64,000 bases of DNA from Candidatus Heimdallarchaeota archaeon (GTDB taxonomy: Archaea > Asgardarchaeota > Heimdallarchaeia > JABLTI01), in assembly GCA_018238155.1 (NCBI GenBank), contig JABCTZ010000007.1, forward strand, positions 1-64,000, in the 5' to 3' direction. Both the position numbers and the translations under genes were made by a program. The first letter of the stretch is position 1. Every line of letters starts with the position of its first letter. The notes under the pieces are model-generated. The model did not search any database. It was not told where the DNA came from and was given only the letters and a program-made list of their open reading frames with translations. This document shows, one piece after another, positions 40,263-50,166 of the stretch.

Positions 40263-41003
40263 TTGTCTTTCGCACTTATTTGGCCTTTCTTTATTTCACC
40301 TATAATTGGTTTTCTTATTGGCGGTATCCCAACAGCATACATTGTTAGTAAAAGCGTTGCTGGTATAGATCCTAGAGAATTTGGTTCGGGTTCTGTAAGC
40401 ACAAGAAATACAATTCGCGCCGCGGGATTGTGGCCGTGGGGCACAATAACTTTTTCTGTTGATATTATAAAAGGAGCCCTTGCAGTAGCAATAGTTGAGT
40501 ACCTTATTGCACCAATTGTAGAAACTAGTTCAGAAGGGTTTTATACACAATTTTATGTAATACTCTGTGCAATTGCAGCAGTTGCTGGGCATTGTTGGAT
40601 GCCATATCTAGGATTTAAAGGCGGTAAAGGTTTAGGTACCTGTTTAGGATTATTTGTCTATATTTATTGGTCTACAGCTATATTCTGGATGTTTGCTGTT
40701 TTCATCATGATACGTGTAAGTGGTTTTTCTGGTATTGGTGCTTGTTGGGCGTTAATTTTCATTTCACCATTTTGGTATCTAATTGACACTATATCTGCAT
40801 CATTGGGTTTAACCGATTTATTCTTAGCATTTTGGCCTCATATTTATTTTACAAATGGGCAACTTGGATGGCCTTTTATTCTTCTATATGCTCTAGGTGT
40901 GTGGTTAGTGATAACCATAAGACATTTTCCCGAATTTAGGAAAATTAAACGCGGAGAAACGAAAGCTTGGAATAGCCTAAAAACCACTGAAATGTTAAAA
41001 TAA
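40263..41003 (+). CDS. plsY: PlsY-family glycerol-3-phosphate acyltransferase
   Basis: DPREFGSGSVSTRN, DIIKG, GHCWMPYLGFKGGKG and RH motifs. Confidence 0.8.
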   Translation: MSFALIWPFFISPIIGFLIGGIPTAYIVSKSVAGIDPREFGSGSVSTRNTIRAAGLWPWGTITFSVDIIKGALAVAIVEYLIAPIVETSSEGFYTQFYVILCAIAAVAGHCWMPYLGFKGGKGLGTCLGLFVYIYWSTAIFWMFAVFIMIRVSGFSGIGACWALIFISPFWYLIDTISASLGLTDLFLAFWPHIYFTNGQLGWPFILLYALGVWLVITIRHFPEFRKIKRGETKAWNSLKTTEMLK

Positions 41004-41141
41004 GAAAGTTACCTTGTTTGTGAGGTATCTTCTCTCTCTTTTTTCCTTCAAATATTCAATCATGCAATACTATTTTTTGAAAAGTCTTTAATAGTAATGA
41101 ATATTGTTCTATTAATTAACAGTCTTGTGGAGAATTACAGA

Positions 41142-41588
41142 ATGCCTAAAGAGCACAAATTTGGAACAACGAGAAAATACAGACGAGTATTCTTCTTATC
41201 ATTAGTTACTTTTGGAATTTATTATATTATATACCAATATTGGATATTCCAAGATTTTGAGGAACACCACGAGAAAGCGTTTGATACAGAACCAAGATCT
41301 TATCCTTTGATAATCAACCCCACCACTATGTTGATTTTCCTGTTCATTTTCCCATTCTATCCAATTTATATCAAATATACTCTTCTTTACGATCATATTC
41401 GCACTTCACGCATCCAAAGTCCAGAAAATTGTTCTATTGGAATTAAAGCTGTTCTCTCATTTGTTATTCTCGGGATTTGTACAATTGGAATTGCTCCTAT
41501 CTTAATTGAATCTCAGTGGCAAAGAGCATTTAACAAACATATCATTGCTCATGAACATCAGCAAGAAAAATTACCTGAGAGTAAATAA
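41142..41588 (+). CDS. DUF4234-like membrane protein
   Basis: LSLVTFGIYYIIY and W..Q..FN patterns. Confidence 0.6.
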   Translation: MPKEHKFGTTRKYRRVFFLSLVTFGIYYIIYQYWIFQDFEEHHEKAFDTEPRSYPLIINPTTMLIFLFIFPFYPIYIKYTLLYDHIRTSRIQSPENCSIGIKAVLSFVILGICTIGIAPILIESQWQRAFNKHIIAHEHQQEKLPESK

Positions 41589-41589
41589 T

Positions 41590-42477
41590 ATGGTTCAAAC
41601 AAAAGTTGAAGATACTTTTTCTGAATGTTTTAAAATGCGTTATTCACGCATATTGATAACTGCAGCAGATTTAGAATTAGCATTAATTGCTGCAAATAAT
41701 ACAGTAGGTTTTGCTACAAGTATAATAATGTGTTCTGCAGAGGCAGGAATAGAACGAATTTTGAATCCAACCGAAACACCTGATGGAAGAACAGGAGTGA
41801 TAATTCAAATTTGGACTCAAAATAGCTCTAAAATGAAAGAAGTATTGTTAGCAAGGTTATCACAAAGTGCTCTTACAGCTCCCACAACAAATATCTTCAA
41901 TATGCTAGAAGATGGAGATAAATCAGATTCTATTGGTAAATTGATTTCCTATTTTGGTGATGGGCATCAGAAGAAAGTAACTCTTTTTGATAGAACAATG
42001 TGGGATATTCCTGTAATGGATGGTTCTTTTCTAATAGAGGAATCATTCCAAATGGGCAAAGGAATTGCTGGTGGAGTTTTGATTTTAATAGGTGAATCTG
42101 AAATGGATACACTTAACGCTGCAAGAGATGGAATAAAAGCACTACAAAATTCTAAAGCAAAAGCAATTACTGCATTTCCTGGTGGAATTTGCCGTGCAGG
42201 GTCAAAGATTGGTTCAAAATACTCATTTCTTAACGAGTCAACAAATCATAAATTCTGCCCCACTATTAAAGATAAAATTGATGATAGTTCACTTCCAAAA
42301 GAAGGTAAATGTGCTTATGAAATAGTCATTAACGCTATTAGCGTAGACGAAATGAAAATGGCTATGAGTAGTATAATTTCTGCTCTTAAGGATGATAAAA
42401 GACTATTGAAAATTACTAGCTCAAATTATGATGGAAAATTAGGTTCCATTAATATTCATTTGAAGGAACTTATTTGA
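41590..42477 (+). CDS. ftr: Formylmethanofuran:tetrahydromethanopterin formyltransferase
   Basis: EDTFSECF, GFATSIIMCSAEAGIE, TPDGR, PVMDG and FPGGICRAGSK motifs. Confidence 0.92.
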   Translation: MVQTKVEDTFSECFKMRYSRILITAADLELALIAANNTVGFATSIIMCSAEAGIERILNPTETPDGRTGVIIQIWTQNSSKMKEVLLARLSQSALTAPTTNIFNMLEDGDKSDSIGKLISYFGDGHQKKVTLFDRTMWDIPVMDGSFLIEESFQMGKGIAGGVLILIGESEMDTLNAARDGIKALQNSKAKAITAFPGGICRAGSKIGSKYSFLNESTNHKFCPTIKDKIDDSSLPKEGKCAYEIVINAISVDEMKMAMSSIISALKDDKRLLKITSSNYDGKLGSINIHLKELI

Positions 42478-42501
42478 TGATAAAAGAATGGTGGAATTAA
42501 G

Positions 42502-43482
42502 TTGCCAAGTAAAAAAATTATTCATACAAATTTGAATATCGCTGCTGTCGAGCTTTTCGAGGAAATGCTAGATAATAGTGAAGTGCTAAAAGCTGAAGTA
42601 CTAGAAACAAAAATAGGACCAATAATTATTGATTTTGGCATCAAAGCAAAAGGAGGTTACTTAGCTGGAGAATATATAACTCAACTTTGTTTAGGTGGTA
42701 TTGGAGATGTTTCACTTTCCACAACAAAATTCACTGATGATTTTTCTCTTCCATCCATCACTGTAATAACAGATTTTCCCGTTGAAGCAACTTTGGGGTC
42801 ACAGTTCGCGGGTTGGTCAATTAATAAAGATAATTACAAAGCAATGGGAAGTGGACCTGCTAGAGTTCTTGCTCAAAAACCAAAACACTTGTTTGAAAAG
42901 ATACTACTAGTAGAAGAAGTTGAGGAAACTGTTATTGTTTTAGAATCTGATAAATATCCAACTGATAAAGTTCTGAAATACATTGCTGATAAATGTCATG
43001 TTGAGTTAGATTGTCTATATGTAGTAATTGCACCTACAACCAGTATTGCAGGTTCTACGCAAATTTCTGGAAGATCCGTTGAAACTGCTTTACATAAATT
43101 ATTTGACCTTGGAATGGATGTTTCGCAGATTATTTCTGCAAGTGGTACTGCACCTATTGCACCCATTCATCGAAATAATACTGATTTAATGATGGGACGA
43201 ACAAATGATATGTTGATTTATGGTGCTGAAGTGTTTTTACAAGTTGAATGTAGAGACGAAGATAAATTGATTGAATATCTCAAAAAAGCGACTTCAGAAA
43301 CATCTCCAAAATATGGTTCATTATTTTATACTATTATTGAGGAAGTAAAGGGCGATTTCTACAAGATAAATCCTTCTATCTTTGCTCCTGCGAAATTAAA
43401 TGTTAATAATACGAGTACTGGGAAAACCCATTCATTTGGAAAAATAAATTGTGAAATGCTTAAGAAAAGCATTCACAGCTAA
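42502..43482 (+). CDS. mch: Methenyltetrahydromethanopterin cyclohydrolase
   Basis: LGSQFAGW, GSGPAR, QISGRSVETALHK and MGRTND motifs. Confidence 0.93.
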   Translation: MPSKKIIHTNLNIAAVELFEEMLDNSEVLKAEVLETKIGPIIIDFGIKAKGGYLAGEYITQLCLGGIGDVSLSTTKFTDDFSLPSITVITDFPVEATLGSQFAGWSINKDNYKAMGSGPARVLAQKPKHLFEKILLVEEVEETVIVLESDKYPTDKVLKYIADKCHVELDCLYVVIAPTTSIAGSTQISGRSVETALHKLFDLGMDVSQIISASGTAPIAPIHRNNTDLMMGRTNDMLIYGAEVFLQVECRDEDKLIEYLKKATSETSPKYGSLFYTIIEEVKGDFYKINPSIFAPAKLNVNNTSTGKTHSFGKINCEMLKKSIHS

Positions 43483-43610
43483 ACTTTTCATTACTAATAT
43501 GGTAAATAAATATTCTAGTTCTCTTTTTAGTCTATTTTCTTGAAAAGTTTTAAAAATAAAAGACGTATAAATATTCTATTTCACAGTAAATACTAGAAGA
43601 GTGATTATCT

Positions 43611-45032
43611 ATGTCATCATTTGAAATACCAAAACCAGATTTTATTCCACCAAAAATAAATGAAAAAGAAATTAGAAAAGTGATTGAGGGTTCAGATGAA
43701 AGTAAATGGATCTTAATGGTTGCAATTGGAACAAAACCTGATTTCTATAAACAAGCCCCACTTCTCTATTGGGCAAATAAGAAAAATATACCTGTGATTT
43801 GTACAACAACTGGACAACATTATGATAATTTGCTGGGTCACGGAATTGAAGAATTCCAAATGAATCCATTAATTGATTTACAGATAAAAGGGGATTTACT
43901 GCAAAAATCAGTTGAAATTTTCTATAAAATAGGTCATATTGGCAAATGGTTGCAGAAGGAATACCCTGAGAGAGTTGTATTACCAATACCTCATGGTGAT
44001 ACTCTAACTGCAGCTATCGTTTCTGCTGCTTGGTTTCTATCTACTCGTTCTGGTGTTGGACAAAATGAAGCAGGAATTAGAGGCATGCATCCAAAATCTT
44101 TCCATGAGATTAATCAACTCAAAGAGACAATTCCTGATGTTCAAGATTTCATTCAAAAGCAATGGCATGGTGAATGGGAATTAAACAGAGCTGAACCTTG
44201 GCCTGAACAATGGGACACTTTTATTGCCGGTGCAGGTGCATCATATTTATTTGCATCTTGCGAAACAGCGAGAGGGCACTTGTTAAGAGAAGGTTATCCT
44301 GATAAATCAATTAGAGTTGTTGGAAACACAGTTGTTGATGCCATAAATCTCGTACCCAAGCCGGAAACCTCTGCTTTTGATGACTTTCCTGATCTTGAGA
44401 AATATGATGATTGGATACGAGTAGATGTTCATCGTCGAGGTAATCTTACAGCAAAAAGATTCAAAGCTATTGTTAGTGGAGTATTAGACCTGGTCAAAGA
44501 TGGTGTACCAATTACTTGGTGTGAATTGAATGCTACTAAACGAGCTCTTGAAGAATTCAATTTACGAAAGAAAGTCTTACAAGCTCATGATAAATATGAC
44601 AATTTTATATTTACTCCATTATGGCGTGAATATGGGCAAGTAATTGAGTTCTGGAAAAGTGGCAAATGCTTTGCTGAGCTAACTGATTCGGGAAGTATCC
44701 AGGAAGAGCTAAATGAGATTCAAAAAGTATTATGTTTAACTCTACGCTTTAATACTGATAGACCTGAATCGATTTTCAATGCTCATTCAAATGTCCTTGT
44801 TCCACCATCCACTCCTGAAAATATTAAGAACATTGTTGAATTTATCAAAGACGACCCTGAAACAATCAAGACTATGAGGAATGCCAAAAAGATTTATGGA
44901 GAAAACGTTGGAGAAAAGATTATGGATTGGTTGCTTGAAGAAATGGATAAAAAAGTAAGACCATTTTCATGGGCTCATGAACGCATTTACGGTCAAGATC
45001 CTCATGATGAAGAAACAGTTAATTTTATGTAA
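43611..45032 (+). CDS. wecB: UDP-N-acetylglucosamine 2-epimerase (archaeal type)
   Basis: GTKPD, TGQHYD, HGDT, EAG.R, GNTVVDA and TDSGSIQEE motifs. Confidence 0.8.
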   Translation: MSSFEIPKPDFIPPKINEKEIRKVIEGSDESKWILMVAIGTKPDFYKQAPLLYWANKKNIPVICTTTGQHYDNLLGHGIEEFQMNPLIDLQIKGDLLQKSVEIFYKIGHIGKWLQKEYPERVVLPIPHGDTLTAAIVSAAWFLSTRSGVGQNEAGIRGMHPKSFHEINQLKETIPDVQDFIQKQWHGEWELNRAEPWPEQWDTFIAGAGASYLFASCETARGHLLREGYPDKSIRVVGNTVVDAINLVPKPETSAFDDFPDLEKYDDWIRVDVHRRGNLTAKRFKAIVSGVLDLVKDGVPITWCELNATKRALEEFNLRKKVLQAHDKYDNFIFTPLWREYGQVIEFWKSGKCFAELTDSGSIQEELNEIQKVLCLTLRFNTDRPESIFNAHSNVLVPPSTPENIKNIVEFIKDDPETIKTMRNAKKIYGENVGEKIMDWLLEEMDKKVRPFSWAHERIYGQDPHDEETVNFM

Positions 45033-45052
45033 CTGTTATCCTTCACTTCTTC

Positions 45053-46927
45053 TTACTCTTTTTCTAGTGATGAAGGAACATAATAAAATTCGCCAACATC
45101 TCTTTGTGTTCGATCTAATCTTGAATTCTTTTTATTTACTCGAGGTCGTCCACTAACTTTATCTCTTCGGAAAGTAACATCTACTGCTTTGAGGAATTTG
45201 TTCATACCTCTTCGCAAAGTTGTTGGTGACTTAACTTTACCACTTATTCCAGATTCTCCTTCAAAAACCAATAAGCTATCACTAAGATAATCAATGAACA
45301 TAAGATCGTGATCAATGACGAATGCTGCTCTGCCACTGGCTCTAACTATTTTTTGAATTACTTTGCCAACAACCATTCTTGTTTCAGAATCAAGATAAGC
45401 ACTAGGTTCGTCGATTAAATACATATCACATGATTGTGCAAGTGTTCCTGCAACAGCTATTTTTTGTAATTCTCCCCCGCTTAAATCAGAGATGTTTCTA
45501 GTTAACAAGCTTTCAATTTTCAGTGGTCTGATTATTTCAGCTCTTGTCCAAGGATCAGCCAATAATGTGTCACTAATTGTGCGGAAGAATTCTTCAACTG
45601 TTCCATCGAACTCTAAGTTTATGTATTGAGGTTTATGAGCGATTTTCACGCCTTGTTTTTCATTTTTCTTGGAGTTTTCTTTGTTTTCCTTTTTAGATGT
45701 CTCTGGAAGATCCTCGTTAAGTTTTACTTTACCTGTTGTAGGTGTTTCATCACCAGCAAGAATCCTTGCAAAGGTAGTTTTGCCAATACCATTAGGACCG
45801 ATAATACCTATTGTTTCAGATTGATGGATAGTACCTGATTTAGCTGAAAATTTAAAACCATTGAAATCCTTAGTGAATTTTCCGTAATCAAGTGCTATTT
45901 TATGACTGCCATCGCTATCTGTCGGAGTAGGTAATCGGTTATAAATAATTGAATAATCTCTAAAACGCATGTTTTCATCAGGAATGAATCCATCCAGAAA
46001 AATATTGATACCATCCCTTACTCCTCTTGGATTGGTAACTATTCCATACGCTCCTGGGGAACCGTAATACATACTTATTTGATCACTAATAGCATCGCAA
46101 ACAGCAAGGTCGTGTTCAACATTTACAATTCTTCTCTTGTCAGAAATGAGTGTTCTAATTGCTTTAGCTGCATTCATTCTCTCTTTTACATCAAGAAAAC
46201 TTGAAGGTTCATCAAAGAGATAGACATCTGCATCTTTTACAATGGTCGCAGCAATTGCTACTCGTTGTAATTCTCCACCACTGAGTACAGAAAGTTCTCT
46301 TTCCCAGAACTTGTCAAGATTTAGTAAAGCTTTAACTTCATCAATTGCTCCAGTTTCATCAACTTTGGTAATGAGATCTTTAACAACACCCTTGGTAAGT
46401 TTGGGCAATCCACTAATTTCTTGAGGTTTGATAGCTGCTTTCAGGTCATTATTTTGCAGAGCTTGAAAATAATTCTGTAATTCAGAACCTCTAAATGTTT
46501 CAATAATTTCTTCCCATTCGGGAGGATCATCCCATCTTCCGAGATTTGGTTTTAATTTTCCGGAAAGAATATTCAATGAGGTTGACTTTCCAGCACCATT
46601 TTGACCTATTAATCCTAAAACAGAATTTGGTTTAGGTCTGGGTAATCGGTAGAGCTTGAATCCATTGCGACCGTATCTATGAACTAAATCTGTTTCAAGT
46701 TCATCTGGAAGATTAATAATTTGAATAGCTGTTCGAGGGCATTTTTTTATACAAATACCACATCCAGTACATAATAACTCGATTATTTTTGCTTTTCCAG
46801 TAGTCTCATCAAGACTGATACAATCTTCGTCTTCTGATGTTCGGTTGACTGGGCAAAAATTGATACATTCAAGAGCACATTTCTTTTTGTTACATTTTGC
46901 CCGCTCAACGATAGCAATGCGCGTCAT
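45053..46927 (-). CDS. rli: Ribosome recycling ATPase ABCE1 (Rli1)
   Basis: N-terminal 2x[4Fe-4S] Cys pattern (CTGCGICIKKCP); two NBDs; TFRRD..SGRPRVNK. Confidence 0.97.
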   Translation of the reverse strand: MTRIAIVERAKCNKKKCALECINFCPVNRTSEDEDCISLDETTGKAKIIELLCTGCGICIKKCPRTAIQIINLPDELETDLVHRYGRNGFKLYRLPRPKPNSVLGLIGQNGAGKSTSLNILSGKLKPNLGRWDDPPEWEEIIETFRGSELQNYFQALQNNDLKAAIKPQEISGLPKLTKGVVKDLITKVDETGAIDEVKALLNLDKFWERELSVLSGGELQRVAIAATIVKDADVYLFDEPSSFLDVKERMNAAKAIRTLISDKRRIVNVEHDLAVCDAISDQISMYYGSPGAYGIVTNPRGVRDGINIFLDGFIPDENMRFRDYSIIYNRLPTPTDSDGSHKIALDYGKFTKDFNGFKFSAKSGTIHQSETIGIIGPNGIGKTTFARILAGDETPTTGKVKLNEDLPETSKKENKENSKKNEKQGVKIAHKPQYINLEFDGTVEEFFRTISDTLLADPWTRAEIIRPLKIESLLTRNISDLSGGELQKIAVAGTLAQSCDMYLIDEPSAYLDSETRMVVGKVIQKIVRASGRAAFVIDHDLMFIDYLSDSLLVFEGESGISGKVKSPTTLRRGMNKFLKAVDVTFRRDKVSGRPRVNKKNSRLDRTQRDVGEFYYVPSSLEKE

Positions 46928-47130
46928 CTTTGCGTAGTAACCTTCAGATTTTTTTTGTTAATTTGACTTTCTCTGCCTATGTTTCGAGCCTTCTCTTCTT
47001 CGAGGTGGTTGCCCTCTCAGAGTCAGCATTGCTCATGGTCAGAGGAGAATGCATCTCAGCATCCGTAGCAGTTATGAGTGCTTCTCGTTCACTTGCCGAT
47101 AATGAGATTTTTACTTTAAAATCCTTCCTT
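46928..47130 (-). ncRNA. Promoter plus structured 5' leader with kink-turn, copy 1 (upstream of ABCE1)
   Basis: Paralogous to 63731-63928 (core 67/76 identical); K-turn CUCU-GA-GAGG...CCUC-GAA-GA-AGAG at 46993-47022. Confidence 0.75.
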
Positions 47131-47547
47131 CCATTTTTTCTTTTGTCCTTTAGTATTCAATTGCTTTTTTCTATTATCAGTTTTTTTGCATAATAACTTT
47201 CTATTGCTAAGTTCACCATTATTGACAAATGATTTCGTAAACTATTTCGTCCATAATTTATTGCTTCTACTACTCGTTTATATTCTTTGATAGGTGAATG
47301 TATTGATAAAGTTTGTAAGCGGAATGTTGGATTTGTTCCAGTTCGTTTGCCAAACGTCTGAAATCTATCTCTCCTTTCAAGTGAAGCAAAACATGAATTA
47401 GAAATTTTCAGCAGATATTTTCTGTCTCCCGACATAATTTTTTTTTCAGTAATATTTATTATTGTAATATCTTATTGTATCTATTGAATAGTTCTTTTTC
47501 TTGAATTATTCAGAGAGTGGAAAGAATTTGGAAAGAAAGCAGGGTTA

Positions 47548-49143
47548 ATGGTATTTATTATGATCGTTTTTTTAGCAATACCTATTGTAACAACCTCTGC
47601 ACAAAATGCTATGAAAGGGGACCCGGTAATCATCTGTGTATCTTCTGAACTGATACGAGCAAAAGAACGAACAGCAAGAACGGAAGATGCTTCGTTTGGA
47701 GATATCATCTTTCATTTGGATGTGCAATTAAAAGCAGTGAAACATTTCACCTCAACAGCGAATGCTACGTTAAGGTTCAAGGATATTGCTAGTTTAGACG
47801 TAGAACAGACGATGACCGGAGAAAAAAATGAGCCGAAAATACTGCGAAACCAAGCAAATTGGAATGCAATAAAACGAGGAAAAACACAAAGTACTGTTCT
47901 ACCATTTAAAATTGCCGGATTCCAGCGATTACCAGAAAAAATGGAATTTGAGCTGGATATTGCATATAAAAATCCAAATGACGAAGAGCTTTATTTTAAA
48001 ACTTTGACATTGAATCCTTTAATACAATCTGCTACAGTTGATATAAAAAGCATTACAAATCCTCCGGATAGGTCAAAAGGCGACAATGTACCACTTAGTA
48101 TTACAGTGAAAAATATTGGTACTGAATATGCATATGGTTTGACAATTAAAATCAAAGTAAAATCTATAGGTGCAGGTACCTCAACCAGTAATCCCTATGT
48201 AAATTCAAACGGTGCAATAGTTTTACTGTCTGAGAAGTTAGTGTCAGAAGATATGATTGCTCCCAATACGCAATTAACATTCAACTATAACATACCTTGC
48301 ACAGGTTATTCGAATGGAGCTATGAATCATGGAACTTGGAAAATTATCGGAGTAGAAGCTTATTCATACAATTCCCCATCAGATATTATATCCGAAAATG
48401 ATCCAATTATTAGTGATCCTCAGTATAAAGTGACTACAAAAACGAAAAGAAATGGACCTCATGCTGTTTTCATATACTATACTTGGAACTCTGGTGGAAC
48501 TGGAGATAACTGGGCTGGTGATAATCCAAAAGATTACTTTGTCGATGGATATGGGGGCTGTAAAGCAGGATTGCACTGTTTTTCAGGTTCGTATGGATTA
48601 AGTGTCAAAATAAATCCAATAATTGCATTCGATGACAATACTTGGAGTATTCCAAATGGTGTTTATGATGGTGCTACTATTAGAGAAAATGGAGTAGATC
48701 ATGTTGAGAGTAAACTTAGCATCTCATATTGGTGGAGATACATATCTGGCGTTTCTCGAAGAAACTGTGGATTCGATATAATATTGATGGCAAGTGGTAG
48801 ACGTGGTGATGTTGCTGGAACTTCTTCACATAATACTATTCTTGTAAGCAAATGGCGATATGGTTTACCTTCTGCTACTGAGAAATGGCGATCAAATATT
48901 GATGGTCTTGTACAACACGAACTATCTCATCAATTTGGATGCGATGATGTAGCACAAGGACATGCAAAAGTTAATTGTATAATGGCATACTGGACTAATT
49001 GGATTGGTTATCCAATTTCATTCCTGTATGAATATATGAATTGGGGTGCTGGTCTCCAAACAGGTTGGTGGTATTTTGCTTGCAGTTGTAATTCATACTT
49101 TGATACAAACTGGGGTAAATTCTATACAGTAGACACGAGTTAA
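47548..49143 (+). CDS. Secreted protein with a CARDB/Ig-like domain and a C-terminal HExxH zinc metallopeptidase domain
   Basis: Signal-like N-terminus; ITVKNIG; QHELSHQFG..D....H...CIM metzincin-like motif. Confidence 0.65.
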   Translation: MVFIMIVFLAIPIVTTSAQNAMKGDPVIICVSSELIRAKERTARTEDASFGDIIFHLDVQLKAVKHFTSTANATLRFKDIASLDVEQTMTGEKNEPKILRNQANWNAIKRGKTQSTVLPFKIAGFQRLPEKMEFELDIAYKNPNDEELYFKTLTLNPLIQSATVDIKSITNPPDRSKGDNVPLSITVKNIGTEYAYGLTIKIKVKSIGAGTSTSNPYVNSNGAIVLLSEKLVSEDMIAPNTQLTFNYNIPCTGYSNGAMNHGTWKIIGVEAYSYNSPSDIISENDPIISDPQYKVTTKTKRNGPHAVFIYYTWNSGGTGDNWAGDNPKDYFVDGYGGCKAGLHCFSGSYGLSVKINPIIAFDDNTWSIPNGVYDGATIRENGVDHVESKLSISYWWRYISGVSRRNCGFDIILMASGRRGDVAGTSSHNTILVSKWRYGLPSATEKWRSNIDGLVQHELSHQFGCDDVAQGHAKVNCIMAYWTNWIGYPISFLYEYMNWGAGLQTGWWYFACSCNSYFDTNWGKFYTVDTS

Positions 49144-49230
49144 TCAAAATTGTTAAAGTTTAAAAAAACCTAAATAAATAAACAAGGAGTATAGTTTATT
49201 TGATTTAGAATTGGAAAGAAGGAATAAAAC

Positions 49231-49815
49231 ATGCTACTTAAGAATAATATAAAAACGACACGAATAATTTTGCTGATATCAGCTATTATTATTGGTATAA
49301 TTGGAATGAGCTACACAATATCAGTAGCTACGAACATCAATCAAACATTTTCATTAAAAAACAATGAGCTTTATATAAATGAAGTTATATCAGACGAATT
49401 GGTAATTGGTAAAGGAGAAACAATTCAACTTGATACAGATTCCTATTATAAAGATTCAATAGTACGAGTTAATGTTACAGTGCTGACAAAATCAAACTCA
49501 AGTATAAACTTGCTAATAGCAGAAGAATACTCAGTTTATACTTCACCAACACAAACGAATGAAACAATTGCACCAGGAGAATTATTTACAGAAGATTATA
49601 CTATTGTTCACAATGTGTTAAGTGAAATTGTATATGGATGTAGATGTACTAATGCTAGTTCAAATGCAACAATAATTTGGTCTTATGAACTTCTTTATTC
49701 AGCAAAACCATCAGAATTCATTGGAATCGAATTTCTATTCATCAACGGATCACTTCTTTCAGCGATGATTCTGATAGTATTAATTAAACAGAAACCCAAT
49801 AAGAAGAATGAGTGA
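49231..49815 (+). CDS. Membrane-anchored surface protein
   Basis: N-terminal and C-terminal TM segments; several N-x-S/T sequons. Confidence 0.6.
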   Translation: MLLKNNIKTTRIILLISAIIIGIIGMSYTISVATNINQTFSLKNNELYINEVISDELVIGKGETIQLDTDSYYKDSIVRVNVTVLTKSNSSINLLIAEEYSVYTSPTQTNETIAPGELFTEDYTIVHNVLSEIVYGCRCTNASSNATIIWSYELLYSAKPSEFIGIEFLFINGSLLSAMILIVLIKQKPNKKNE

Positions 49816-50166
49816 TCATTCTTCCCCCTTTATTTTTTCTATTCTTTAATTTTCATTCCTTCTTCTCTCAAAAAACACTAATAATTATTCATATCTCAGT
49901 AACTATCTTTTTCATTTCTCTGCTCTTTAATATTCCTTTTTCCTTTTCTTAGTAATTATTGACTTTATAAACTAAAACTTGGAGGTCTATCTGAAAACTG
50001 CAAAAAAAGAACGAATAGATAGTGGGAAAGCAAGCAAGAGGAAAGGAATGAAAGTAAAAAGAAACTTGAAGAGAGGAAACTTCAATAATCATATTTTTGT
50101 ATTTCAAAATTAACCATTCAATAATTTTGCGATGATATAACCATTTAATCTCTAACTATCTTTTCT

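Noticed and set aside
46971-47063. Leader as a SAM-I, TPP or T-box riboswitch, 5S rRNA or SRP RNA
   Set aside because: Shares only generic K-turn and UGAGA elements; lacks the AUC/GCAAC SAM-I core, the TPP CUGAUC core, the T-box sequence and 5S or SRP helices
46930-47193. 87-aa plus-strand ORF over the ABCE1 leader
   Set aside because: Antisense to the leader, no protein motif, and the paralogous copy differs by frame-breaking indels; conservation is at the RNA level
47157-47435. 92-aa minus-strand ORF upstream of the ABCE1 leader
   Set aside because: No motif, no clear SD and atypical composition; cannot be supported
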